DNA of 64,000 nucleotides from Candidatus Moanibacter sp. (GTDB lineage Bacteria; Verrucomicrobiota; Verrucomicrobiia; Opitutales; UBA2987), in the NCBI GenBank assembly GCA_965215885.1, contig CBDCEW010000093.1:32001-96000 (forward strand). The letters run 5' to 3'. The notes below the pieces were generated by a model. It saw only the letters and a program-made list of their open reading frames with translations, was not told the origin of the DNA and searched no databases. The first letter of the stretch is position 1. Each line of letters begins with the position of its first letter. Below are positions 23,780 through 34,516 of this stretch, piece by piece. Both the position numbers and the translations under genes were made by a program.

Positions 23780-26700
23780 TTACAGCGCCACGAGATTTTC
23801 CGCCGCGCCGGATTCGAATTCAAAATCCAAAGTCACGGAAATATTATCTGCACTTTCGGCCACGGGGTCCAATAATAGCCTGATACCGATTCGATCCCCC
23901 GCCGAGACCGAAAACGATGTACTATCGCTGAAAACCACCCCTTGTGCGGTAACGTTCACAGTCATCAGAGTGGGACTTCCGTTCTTCATGACGGTCACGT
24001 TCAATCCAGATGATCCATCTAGCGTTGCCGATTCTACGTAAACAGACATCTTCTTAACAGAACCGGCCGAAAGGCATATCATGTAGTGTTCCTCGCTTCG
24101 GTTTTCCGTCTGAATTCCGGGCCCCACGAAACTGGGGATGTTTCCACTTAAGGATCCCTCAACCACGAAACTCTCGGTAGAGCGGGACTTGTGAACATGT
24201 TGATCGACGTCGATCCCGTCGACCAATCCCACTGGACTGATGTCACCGTTGCCGTCGATCCCGATGTTCATGGCATTGACCGTAAACGTGTTGTTTCCTG
24301 AACCCGCATCGACTGAGAAATTTCCACCGCTCATGAGGGAACCGTCCGCGAAGACGGTTGTTGCATTACCCTCTATGAAACTGGTCGCCATGACATTGCC
24401 CTGATTGTCGACTACGAACTGATCCGTCCCCCCAACTTCCAGTTCCATAAGATTGGGGGCATTTCCGCTCGTCTCGTTCAGATGCACCAGGGTCGTTGCG
24501 GCGGTCGAAACTGTCTGGGCAGAACCGGGCACGATCCGGACCAAACCGCTGAGTACGCCGCCGCCTGCGTTATTCGTATGACCGTGCGTGGCGTTGGAGA
24601 AGTCCGCGATCGTCGGGGTCGTCAAGTTCTTGTTCGTCAGGGTCTGTGAGTCGCTTGTGCCGACGACGCTGCCGGTGACCCCATGCACATCGGAGCCGGC
24701 GGCGGTATGAGCGGGCACATCGACTCCGTCCACCGTGCCCACGTTGATGATCTTGTTGGTTCCAACATCGAAGTTGCCGCTCATTGCGTCTGACCCGTCA
24801 CGTTCGAGATACTGCATGTGATCGTCGTCACCGTTGCCGGAGAGCTCGCCGTGATCGACCTGTGACCCATTGCCGCCGCCGCCGTGGTCATGTCCCGATA
24901 CGTCCACCCCATCAACCGATCCCACCGGGCTGATATCGCCGTTGCCGTCGATGCCGATATTCATCGCATCAATCGTAAATTCGCCGTTCCCCGAATCCAC
25001 ATCGATTACCAGATCCCCGCTCGATGCAAGCGAGCCGTCGGCCAGTACAGTCGATGCGAATCCAGCCGTAAAACTTGTCGCGGTGACACCCCCGGCATTA
25101 TCGACCACGAATTTAGCGGTCCCCCCGACTTCCACCTCGATGAGGTTCGGCGAACTTCCGCTGTTCTCGTTCAGATGAACAACGGAAGTTGCAGCGCTCG
25201 TAATGTCCTGGGCCGATCCGGGTACGACACCCACAAAACCGCTAAGGCCAAGCGCGCCCCCGCTCGGGTTGTCGGTATGACTGTGGGTAGCGTTCGAGAA
25301 GTCCGTCATCTTCGGCTTCGTAAGGGTCTTGTCGGTTAGGGTCTGGCTGCCTTCAGTGCCGACGATGCTTCCCGTGACCCCGTGCACACCGGAGCCGGCG
25401 GAAGCGTGAAGGAACACATCCACACCGTCAACCGTGCCCACGTTGGTCACGTTGTTGTTTCTCAGGTTTAAGTCTCCGTTAAACGTCGCCTCTCCGGCGC
25501 TCAATGTGCCGCTGATGTTTACGTTCCCTGATCCATCGATCGAAATGTTGTCCGCCATCACGATCAAGTCCTCTCCGGCCGCATTGCCCCCGGCCACATC
25601 GATCGTAAAGGCCGAACTGGTTGATTTCGTTATGCCCTCTTCCCCGAAGGTCGTTGAAGAAAATCCCGCCGTGTAGCTCGTCGCCACGACATCCCCGTCA
25701 TTATCGACGATAAACCGGTCCGATGGCCCTACTTCAAGCTCGATCAGGTTGGGGGTGTTGGCCCCGTCATTCTCTCTGAGGTGAATCAGGGAAGTTGCCG
25801 CGCTGTTGATATTCTGTACGGCGCCGGGAACCAGTATTACAAAATCACCTCCCGCACTGAGGCTGAGGACGCCCACTTCCGTCAAATTGAACCCGTTCAG
25901 ATCCACGTCGCCCCCGAAATCTCCGTCGCGTGATACATCCAGCTGTCCACTCACAAACAGATCTCCTTCCGGACCCGAAAGTGTCATCCGCCGACGCAGA
26001 ATTCCATCATTGTCTCTTACAAGGAATTCCATCTCGGAATCATCCAGATTCGGTTCATTCCCAATACCGATTGTCCCAATTGCTCCCACATCTTCAATTA
26101 CACCGTTCCCGTCCTCGACTTGAAAGAGGATGCCCGATCCAATCAGATTTCCTCCCGTATTCCCGGAGATCGTGTGTGTCAGCGTCAGCACATCGGTCGT
26201 ATCGCCCAACAGCGTATCCTCCACCGTAACACCCAATGTTCCCGAAATCTGAGTGTTGGCGTTGGCCACGATCGTCGAATCCGAGGCGTTGAGATTGATA
26301 TCGCCGTTGAGTGCATTCAGGTTGATATCCCGGTCCGAGTTCAGAGCGAGGTCATTGGTTGCACCCTCGGCCGATACGCTCAATGGACCCTCCGCCGAAA
26401 TATTGGGGCCGACACCGTTGATATTGTTTCCGCCCATATCGATGGGGCCGCCCATCGTGTCCCCATCCCGATTGACATATTGAGTATCGACATCGCCCGT
26501 ATCGAGGTCGTCCAGATCGACCGAGCCGTCCACGATATTGTTGCCTGTGATCGTTTCCATGGCGATCTTGTCGCCTGTAACCGCGCCGTCAGCGAGTTGA
26601 TCGGTGTCTATCGACCCATCCCGCCAGGTTCTCCACCTCCCTCGCCACCAGCGCCCGGGCAGTTGGAGCGATGCGTTGATCAGGGGTGAGTTGAGCGTTG

Positions 26701-27117
26701 CCGCCCCCCCACATCATCGTCGAACCAGACCCGCAGAAAGAGAATCTCCTCGCCATTGAAAGTGCCGTCCGGAATCACGCCCATGTTTGCGATGCCAGTG
26801 TCTCCAAGCAGCACGGAGAACAGTCCCTTCGTCACAGTCAGACTTACCGGGTCCGTCGGGATGCTGCTGACATCAAGCCCGGAATTGCTCCATAGCACAG
26901 CACCCGGTTCATTGTGGATGGCGAACCGAAAGAGTCCCTGCCCGTCGAAGTTCACTCCGTTGACCGCTACGCGGCCCTGGTAATTGAGGACGTTACTGCC
27001 CGCCTGCGGTGACGCTGCCTCTCCTATGCACGTGAACAGCAGCGCCGCCATCGCGCTTATGAACAGCGCACCGATCGAATTCGATTGGGTTCGATTTTTG
27101 ATTATCCAGCTCCTCAT
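23780..27117 (-). pseudogene. F3: secreted fibre-like protein with two +1 frameshifts near its 5' end (~1111 aa reconstructed)
   Basis: G7 instead of F2's G6 at 26704-26710 and an extra G at ~26621; otherwise collinear with F2. Confidence 0.8.
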
Positions 27118-27147
27118 ACTCGAAGTGTCAAAGTGCTGTTCTGTTCG

Positions 27148-30100
27148 TTACTGCGATACGATATTTTCCGCCGGGCCGGATTCGAATTGAAATTCCAAAG
27201 TCACGGAAATATCATTGACGAAAATTCCGAAGTTGGACTTGGAAAATTGGATGCTGATTCGATCACCCGCATCCACGGAAAATGATGAGGTAGAGGTGAA
27301 AACGGTCGGAGCCGACGAGACCGAAACAGCCATTGGAGTGTTTCCACCCATCTTATTTACGGTCACGCTCACGAAATCGCCTTCCCCAAAGCTTCCCCCC
27401 TCTGCTCGAACCTTCATCTTCTTAACGGTACCGGCCGAAGTGCATATCATGAAGTGTTCCTCGATAGCATTTTCAAACTGAATCCCCGGCCCTGCGTAAC
27501 CATCGTCCACGGTGCCCTCAACCACGAAGCTCTCGGTAGAGGTGGATCCGTGAAAATGCTGATCGACGTCGATGCTGTCGACCAGTCCCACTGGACTGAT
27601 GTCGCCGTTTCCGTCGACCGCGATATTCATGGCATTGACCGTAAACCCGTTACTGCCTGAGTTCGCATCGACTGCAAAATTTCCGCCGCTCGTAAGGGAA
27701 CCGTCGGCCAGGACGGTAGTAGCATTACCCGCTATAAAACTCGTCGCCATGACATTGCCCTGATTGTCGACCACGAATTGATTCGTACCTCCAACTTCCA
27801 GCTCCATCAGATTGGGCGTATTTCCGCTCGTCTCGTTTAAATGCACCAGGGTCGTGCCGGCAGTCGAAACGGTCTGGGCCGATCCGGGCACGATCTGGAC
27901 GTAATCGCTGAGCGATCCCCCGCTTGCGTTATTCGTATGACCATGGGTAGCGCCGGAGAAGTCCCCGATCGTCGGCGTGGTCAAGGTCTTGTTCGTCAGC
28001 GTCTGGGAATCGCTGTTACCGACGACGCTGCCGGTCACCCCATGCACACCGGAGCCGGCGGGGATTTGAGCGGACACGTCGACTCCGTCCACCGTGTCCA
28101 CATTATTGATACTATTGCCTCCAACATCGAAATTACCGCTCATCATGTCCGAGCCGTCCCGTTCCAGATACTGGGTGTGGTCGTCGTCAGCGTTGCCGGA
28201 GAGCCCGCCGTGATCGATCTGCGACCCACTACCGCCGCCGTGATCATGTCCCGATAGGTCCACCTCATCAACCAATCCCACCGGACTGATATCGCCGTTG
28301 CCGTCGATGCCGATATTCATCGCATCAATCGTAAATTCGCCGTTCCCCGAATTCGCATCGATAGCAAGATCCCCGCTCGTCGACAGCGAGCCGTCGGCCA
28401 GTACAGTCGATGCGAAACCCGCCCTAAAACTCGTCGCGGTGACACCACCGGCATTGTCGACCACGAATTTATCGCTACCCCCGACCTCCACTTCAATGAG
28501 TTTCGGTGAACTTTGGCTGTTCTCGTTCAGATGAATAACGGAAGTCGCCTTTTCGAATGGGGCGCTCGTGACACCACCGGCATTGTCGACCACGAATTTA
28601 TCGCTACCCCCGACCTCCACTTCAATGAGTTTCGGTGAACTTTGGCTGTTCTCGTTCAGATGAATAACGGAAGTCGCCGCGCTCGTAATGTCCTGGGCCG
28701 ATCCGGGTACCACACTCACGAAATTCCCAGAGCTAAGCGCCCCCCCGCTCATGTTGTCGGTATGACTGTGGGTAGCTCTCGAGAAGTCCGTGATCGTCGG
28801 CGTCGTCAGGGTCTTGTTTTTCAGGTTCTGGCTGCCGTCGGTGCTGACGATGCTTCCCGTCGTCACTCCATGCACACCCGAGCTGGCAATGGCGTGAAGG
28901 AACACATTCACACCGTCCACCGTTCCCACGTTGGTCACATTGTTGTTTTTCAGGTCCAGGTTGCCGTCAAACGTCGCCTCTCCGGCGCTCAATGTGCCGC
29001 TGATGTTTAGGTTCCCTGATGCATCGATCTCAAAATTGTCCGCCATGACGATCAAGTCCTCTCCTGCCATGTCGCCCCCGGCCACATCGATCGTAAAGGC
29101 CGTACTGGTCGATTTTGTTATGCCGTCTTCCCCGAAGGTCGTTGAGGAAAATCCTGCCGTGTAGCTCGTCGCCACGACATCCCCGTCATTTTCTACTATA
29201 ACCCGGTCCGATGACCCCACTTCAAGCTCGATCAGATTGGGCGTGTTGCCCCCGTCATTCTCACTGAGGTGAATCAGGGATGTTGCCGCACTGCTGATAC
29301 TCTGCACCCCACCGGGAACGAGCTTCGCGAATTCTCCTCCCGCGTTCAGGCTCAGGCCGCCCACTCCCGTCAAATTGAACCCGTTCAGACCCACGTTGCC
29401 CCCGAAACCTCCGCCGCCTGAAACATCCAGCCGCCCGCTCACAGACAGATCTCCTTCCAGGCCCGAAAGTGTCATCCGCCGACGCAGAATCCCACTACTG
29501 TCTCTTACAAGGAATTCCATCTCGGAATTATCCAGATCCGGTTCATTCCCTGCACCGATCGTCCCTATGGCCCCAACATCTTTAATTGCTCCGTTCCCGT
29601 CCTCCACTTGAAAGAGGATGCCCGATCCAATCAGATCTCCTCCCATATTCCCGGAGATCGTGTGGGTCAGCGTCAGCACATTGGTCGTATCGCCCAATAG
29701 CGTATCCTCCACCGCAACGCCCAATGTTCCAGCAATCTGAGTGTTTGCCTTGGCCAATATCGTCGAATCCGAGGCGTTGAGATTGATATCGCCGTTGAGT
29801 GCATTCAGATTGATATCTCGGTCCGAGTTTAGAGCGAGGTCATTGGATCCACCTTCGGCCGATATGCTCAATGGACCCTCCGCCGAAATCTCGGGGCCGA
29901 CACCGTTAATATTGTATCCCCCCATATCGATGGGGCCGGCCATGGTGTCGCCATCCTGATTGACATAGCGGTCATCGACATCAACGGTATCGAGGTCGCC
30001 CTGATCGACCGAGCCGTCCACAATGTTGTTGCCCGTGATCGTTTCCATCGCGATCTTGTCGCCTGTAACTGCGCCGTCAGCGAGTTGATCGGTGCCCACC

Positions 30101-30603
30101 GAACCCTCCGCCAGGTTCTCCACCTCCCTCGCCACCAGCGCCCGGGCAGCTGGTGCGATGCGCTGATCGGGTCCGAGTTGAGCGTTGCCGCCCCCCACAT
30201 TATCGTCGAACCAGACCCGCAGAAAGAGAATCTCCTCGCCATTGAAAGCGCCGTCCGGGATCGCGCCCATGTTCGTGATGCCCGTGTCTCCAAGCAAAAC
30301 TGAGAACAGGCCCTTCGTCACAGTCAGGCTGACCGGATCCGTCGGGAAGGTGCCTCCATCGAACCCGGAATTGCTCCAGAGCACAACACCCGGTTCATTG
30401 AGGATGGCGAATCGGAAGAGTCCTTGTCCCTCGAAGTTGCTCCCGTCACTACTGACGGCGCGCCCCCGGTAGGCGACGACGTTCGCCGGGTCCGGTTGCG
30501 GCATCAATTCCTGCACCGTCACAATGGACGCAATCAAGGTGCTTAGCAGAACTGCGCCTGGAATCGTTCGGCGAGTTCGATCTTTCCTAACTAAGCTTCT
30601 CAT
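27148..30603 (-). CDS. F2: secreted fibre-like protein, 1151 aa, intact
   Basis: Signal-like N-terminus, shared YRGR domain, three repeated stalk modules, HxH motifs and a ~100-aa C-terminal tip. Confidence 0.85.
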   Translation of the reverse strand: MRSLVRKDRTRRTIPGAVLLSTLIASIVTVQELMPQPDPANVVAYRGRAVSSDGSNFEGQGLFRFAILNEPGVVLWSNSGFDGGTFPTDPVSLTVTKGLFSVLLGDTGITNMGAIPDGAFNGEEILFLRVWFDDNVGGGNAQLGPDQRIAPAARALVAREVENLAEGSVGTDQLADGAVTGDKIAMETITGNNIVDGSVDQGDLDTVDVDDRYVNQDGDTMAGPIDMGGYNINGVGPEISAEGPLSISAEGGSNDLALNSDRDINLNALNGDINLNASDSTILAKANTQIAGTLGVAVEDTLLGDTTNVLTLTHTISGNMGGDLIGSGILFQVEDGNGAIKDVGAIGTIGAGNEPDLDNSEMEFLVRDSSGILRRRMTLSGLEGDLSVSGRLDVSGGGGFGGNVGLNGFNLTGVGGLSLNAGGEFAKLVPGGVQSISSAATSLIHLSENDGGNTPNLIELEVGSSDRVIVENDGDVVATSYTAGFSSTTFGEDGITKSTSTAFTIDVAGGDMAGEDLIVMADNFEIDASGNLNISGTLSAGEATFDGNLDLKNNNVTNVGTVDGVNVFLHAIASSGVHGVTTGSIVSTDGSQNLKNKTLTTPTITDFSRATHSHTDNMSGGALSSGNFVSVVPGSAQDITSAATSVIHLNENSQSSPKLIEVEVGGSDKFVVDNAGGVTSAPFEKATSVIHLNENSQSSPKLIEVEVGGSDKFVVDNAGGVTATSFRAGFASTVLADGSLSTSGDLAIDANSGNGEFTIDAMNIGIDGNGDISPVGLVDEVDLSGHDHGGGSGSQIDHGGLSGNADDDHTQYLERDGSDMMSGNFDVGGNSINNVDTVDGVDVSAQIPAGSGVHGVTGSVVGNSDSQTLTNKTLTTPTIGDFSGATHGHTNNASGGSLSDYVQIVPGSAQTVSTAGTTLVHLNETSGNTPNLMELEVGGTNQFVVDNQGNVMATSFIAGNATTVLADGSLTSGGNFAVDANSGSNGFTVNAMNIAVDGNGDISPVGLVDSIDVDQHFHGSTSTESFVVEGTVDDGYAGPGIQFENAIEEHFMICTSAGTVKKMKVRAEGGSFGEGDFVSVTVNKMGGNTPMAVSVSSAPTVFTSTSSFSVDAGDRISIQFSKSNFGIFVNDISVTLEFQFESGPAENIVSQ

Positions 30604-30905
30604 CCTCGTAACGTGAAAGTGCCGTTGTTTCAGAATCAGGTCAGGTATCTGCCGGATCTCGGGACCGGCGAATTAGCGAAGAAATAGTTATCCTGCTATT
30701 TCAATTAATCGATTCTACTAGCCCACTCCGGTAGGTAGCGCAACATCAAAGCAGTGAGAATGGATTCTCATCCGGGCCTTTGCAGACCCGACACCATCGA
30801 GAAGATTTTCCCCACTATTCAATCCTGAGAAGAGTAGGTCGCAAAGAGGCACAAAAATCGCAGAAAATGTCGTATCGTAACGAAGAGGCGAATTAAGATA
30901 GTTCA

Positions 30906-31139
30906 ATGCCAATAGTATTTCAGAAGGACGGTTACAGGTTCTTCTTCTACAGCAACGAACACAGGCCGATTCACGTTCACGTACGCTACGGCGGTGGAGA
31001 AGCCGTTTTCTACGTCGAAAGTGCCGTGGAGTTACGGGAATCCCATGGCCTAAAACTCAAGGAGCTATCAAGAGCCCAAAGGCTTGCAAAAGAGCACCAA
31101 CAGCTTATTATTCAAAAGTGGCATGAACACATTGATTGA
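30906..31139 (+). CDS. DUF4160-family protein (putative TA component)
   Basis: GYRFFFYSNEHRPIHVHV motif; overlaps the downstream partner. Confidence 0.85.
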   Translation: MPIVFQKDGYRFFFYSNEHRPIHVHVRYGGGEAVFYVESAVELRESHGLKLKELSRAQRLAKEHQQLIIQKWHEHID

Positions 31140-31377
31140 CACTGCACGCACTGCCTCAGTCCGCGATGGGCAGGTAATCATCTCTATGTGCAGCGGGGCT
31201 GAACTTCGGTTTCCAGTGGCGGAGAATCCCCGTCTGGCAAAGGGAACGCCCAAGCAGTTGAACAATCTCGAGCTTTCACCGTTCGGAATTCATTGGCCTG
31301 ATCTCGATGAGGATCTCTCATTTCGAGGGATAGCTAACGGAGACTACGGGCAACGGAGAGGCCAACGTTCCGACTAG
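31123..31377 (+). CDS. DUF2442-family protein (putative TA component)
   Basis: PRLAKGTPKQL and GIHWPDLDEDLS motifs; start at ATG 31123. Confidence 0.85.
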   Translation: MNTLIDTARTASVRDGQVIISMCSGAELRFPVAENPRLAKGTPKQLNNLELSPFGIHWPDLDEDLSFRGIANGDYGQRRGQRSD

Positions 31378-32125
31378 ATGAGCCCACCTGACGTGCCGAG
31401 TTAAGCCTCTGTTTGAAAGTCCGAATCAGTGCACCCCTTTTGTTCCGCATTGTCAGAGGTGGACCGGGACGGCTCTTTCGAAAAGCCCGGATGTTCATAG
31501 AAGTGCCAGCCGTCTTGGCCCCGCCGTACAGCTTCCCTCTTCGTTCCGCTAAAAGCGCAACACAAAGTCGGAATGTGCTACTCAGCCAACGCTCCAAGCC
31601 CATTTCATGAGTGCCAGCCACAAAAAGGCACAAAAAGCGCAAAAAAGGAATGTGAAATCATTCCTGAACGCCAACTCTTTCATTACTAACCATTTATCAC
31701 CCGCCCTTAAGAAGCCGTTTGAAATGATAGGGGTTTTAAACTCCTGATCACCGCCAAGGAACAGTGGGATGGCTACCGCATCAGCCGGCTAATTCTTTGC
31801 GATTCCTTTACCACCGGGGGCTTCCCCATCGTCTCGCGCTGAGCGGGACTTCCGCCTTCCTCAGCATCTTGCGGCTTCCTCCCCCATCCGTTACCCTTCT
31901 TTAATCCGTAGCCAGAATCCTCCCGTCCCATCGTCACGAACAATCCTGGCTTCCTCTCTTCTCTTTGCGTCTTTGCGACTTTGCGTGAGAAATCTTTCAC
32001 TTCCTCATCCGTTGCCCTTCATTTCCCGGCTTCCCGGAATTGCCAAACTTCTCCTCGTGAGTATTGAACGGGCAAGCGCAAATCGCTCGCGAGCGAGCTT
32101 CCTACCCTCACCGTATACCGGTCTA

Positions 32126-34041
32126 GACCTTATCCGAAAAGCTACTGATTGGCCGCAAAGAGGCGCAAAAGGCGCAAGAAAAACTTGAGAAAAATCATTT
32201 TTTGGCTTGATAAAAAGTGTCGCAACATGCTAGTGTTTAACAACCTAAGATTAAGAAAGGAGTTAAACATGCCAACATGTGCGACAGAGGAGAACAAAAG
32301 CGATAAGACGCCCCTTAGCAACCTCATTCTGCCGGTTCCAGACACGGATTTCCGTGATTTTCTGGATGAAGTTGAAGAATTGCCGGGTTCGCGGCGCAAA
32401 TCATCGAGGCGATCGAGAAGGATCTGGACGCCCATGCGCGTGAGAAGAAGAAACTTCGATTGGAAGATCGAAGGTTCTTTGAAGGGCGCACAGCGGAGCT
32501 GCCGGAGCTGGACATCGAGGAGGAGAATATTCTGGCTGCTGAATTGAATCTTGGGGCAGGCCGGCCGCGGATGCCGGCTTATGCGGTATACGTGTTCGTG
32601 ATGCTTCGAGGGTTTCTGGGTTCGTTGACCACGAAACCGGCACGGCGGTTTGTGCGCGAGTCGATGAGCTTGTACGGATTTTTGCAGAGCGGGGGACTGA
32701 GAATGCCGGCGGTGACGACGATTCTGGAGAACGTGAACCTGGTCAGCCATACGACCCGCGAGTTGATCTTTGATAAACAGATTGGGTTTATCCTCCAGGA
32801 GCAATGGGACGATTTCGGGAAGCTGACGATCGACAGCACCTCGGTGAAAGCAAACAGCTGCTGGCCCACCGATGGGAAGATTCTGAGCGGTCTTTTGATG
32901 CGGGCCAATCGTTTGGGTCAGAAGTTGCATGTCTTCGGGCTGGAGGATTTTCGCAAGGGATGGGTTGGGCGTTGGCTGGAGGAAATGGACAAGCTGGAGT
33001 TTCAGATTTGTCTGGCCGCGGGCAAACCGAAGTCGAAGGGCAAGCTGAAGAAACACTACCGGCGGTTGCTCAAGCGGGGCCGCAAGGCGGCCGACTCACT
33101 AACGGGGGAACTGAGCCATCTTGAAGAGGGCCTGTCGATGGATTCACTGCCTCCCACTCGCCGGGAGCTTCTGGAGCGGGCATTGAGCCAGATCAGGGGC
33201 GATATTGCCGACGCCAAGCGGGTTGTTGAGTATGCTCATGATCGGGTGTTTCACGAAAAGAAGCTACCGTCCACACAGAAGGTCCTGAGCCTCTCGGACG
33301 GATCGGCGGCCTACATCAAGAAGGGCAGCCGCAATCCAGTGATCGGGTACAAGCCACAACTGGTTCGCAGCGAAAACGGTTTTGTCACCAGCCTGATCGT
33401 ACCGCAAGGCAACGCGGCAGACTCCATTGAGCTGGCGCCGGCCATCGGCGATTCGATCAAGCGCACCGGTGTCATTGCTGAACTGGTCAGCACCGATGAC
33501 GGATATGCTTCGGCGAAGGGACGCAAGGAGGTGCTGAGCATGGGGGTAAAGCAGATCAGTATCAGTGGGGCGAAGGGCAAGAAGTTGACCACCCCCGAGG
33601 ACTGGGAGAGCGAGGCGTATCGCGAGGCACGCCGCGATCGCTCCGCAGTGGAGTCGCTGATGTTCACGATTAAAGATGGATTTGCCTTTGGCGAACTCGG
33701 CCGCCGCGGCATCGATGCGGTAGGCGATGAACTGCTCGAGAAGGTTCTGGCCTACAACTTCTGCCGCATCATACTGATGAAGAAACGCCGAGGGGAGGAA
33801 CTGGAACAGGCAGCCTGAATCTGACCGCTTTGAAGCTCAGAGAAAAAAGCACCACGGGATGAGTATGCCTCCAGACAGCGGCAAATATACGTATTGTGCA
33901 GCAAGCCACGCCGATGGCCGCTCAATACCTGCTCATCGGCAGCGCCGGCAGCCTAAAACCCGAAACCTGCCAGCCATAGGCTGGTCCGCCCGTGGCGGAG
34001 AACCTTAAACCGCCCGCTCGAAAGGCTTTTCGAATGGGGTC
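32126..34041 (+). mobile_element. IS element copy 2 (inverted relative to copy 1), 1916 bp
   Basis: Same TIRs as copy 1; 6-bp TSD ggtcta (32120-32125, 34042-34047). The transposase (32269-33818) lacks one G near 32382. Confidence 0.92.
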
Positions 34042-34516
34042 GGTCTAGGGAGCGCGCCAGGCTTCTCGATCAAAACCAGCCCTGCTCTCTTGTCCGATTA
34101 GAAACTCGATTGAGCTTTCCTCCTTCATCGATCGACAACCCCATGGAACAGTGGGATGGCTACTGCATCATTGGGCAATTTTTCCCCGGTTTCTTTTCCA
34201 CAATGGGCTAATCGTCCTCCGCTGACCGCCGCTTCACTTTCCTCACTGGGTACTGGGCTCTGAATATTGAACACTGCTTACCCATCATTCGCGCCTATCC
34301 TTCGATCTTGCTCAGGACAGGCCGGGCATAGTGGTTTTATCCACCTTTCGAAAAGCTCTCGTTTTCCGCTACTGATAAGGCGCAGATTTCTCAATGATCG
34401 TAGCGGAAAGCGGGAGCTTTTCGTGCATTTCGGATGCAACCATCCTTAGCATCGCGTAGCCGCGCCGGCAACGGCGCGGAACCAGGAATCGGTAGGACCC
34501 AAGGTCCGCCGGATTC

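Noticed and set aside
18555..30603. Diversity-generating retroelement or shufflon acting on the tips
   Set aside because: No reverse transcriptase or site-specific invertase in the window. All copies are co-oriented, and the tip differences include indels rather than adenine-specific changes.
32142..33056. Long antisense ORFs over the IS, fibre and core genes (for example this 304-aa ORF)
   Set aside because: No recognisable motifs; they are expected shadows of GC-rich coding sequence.
8376..34041. Composite transposon that delivered the fibre genes
   Set aside because: Each IS has its own TSD, and F1 and the partner gene lie outside the pair.
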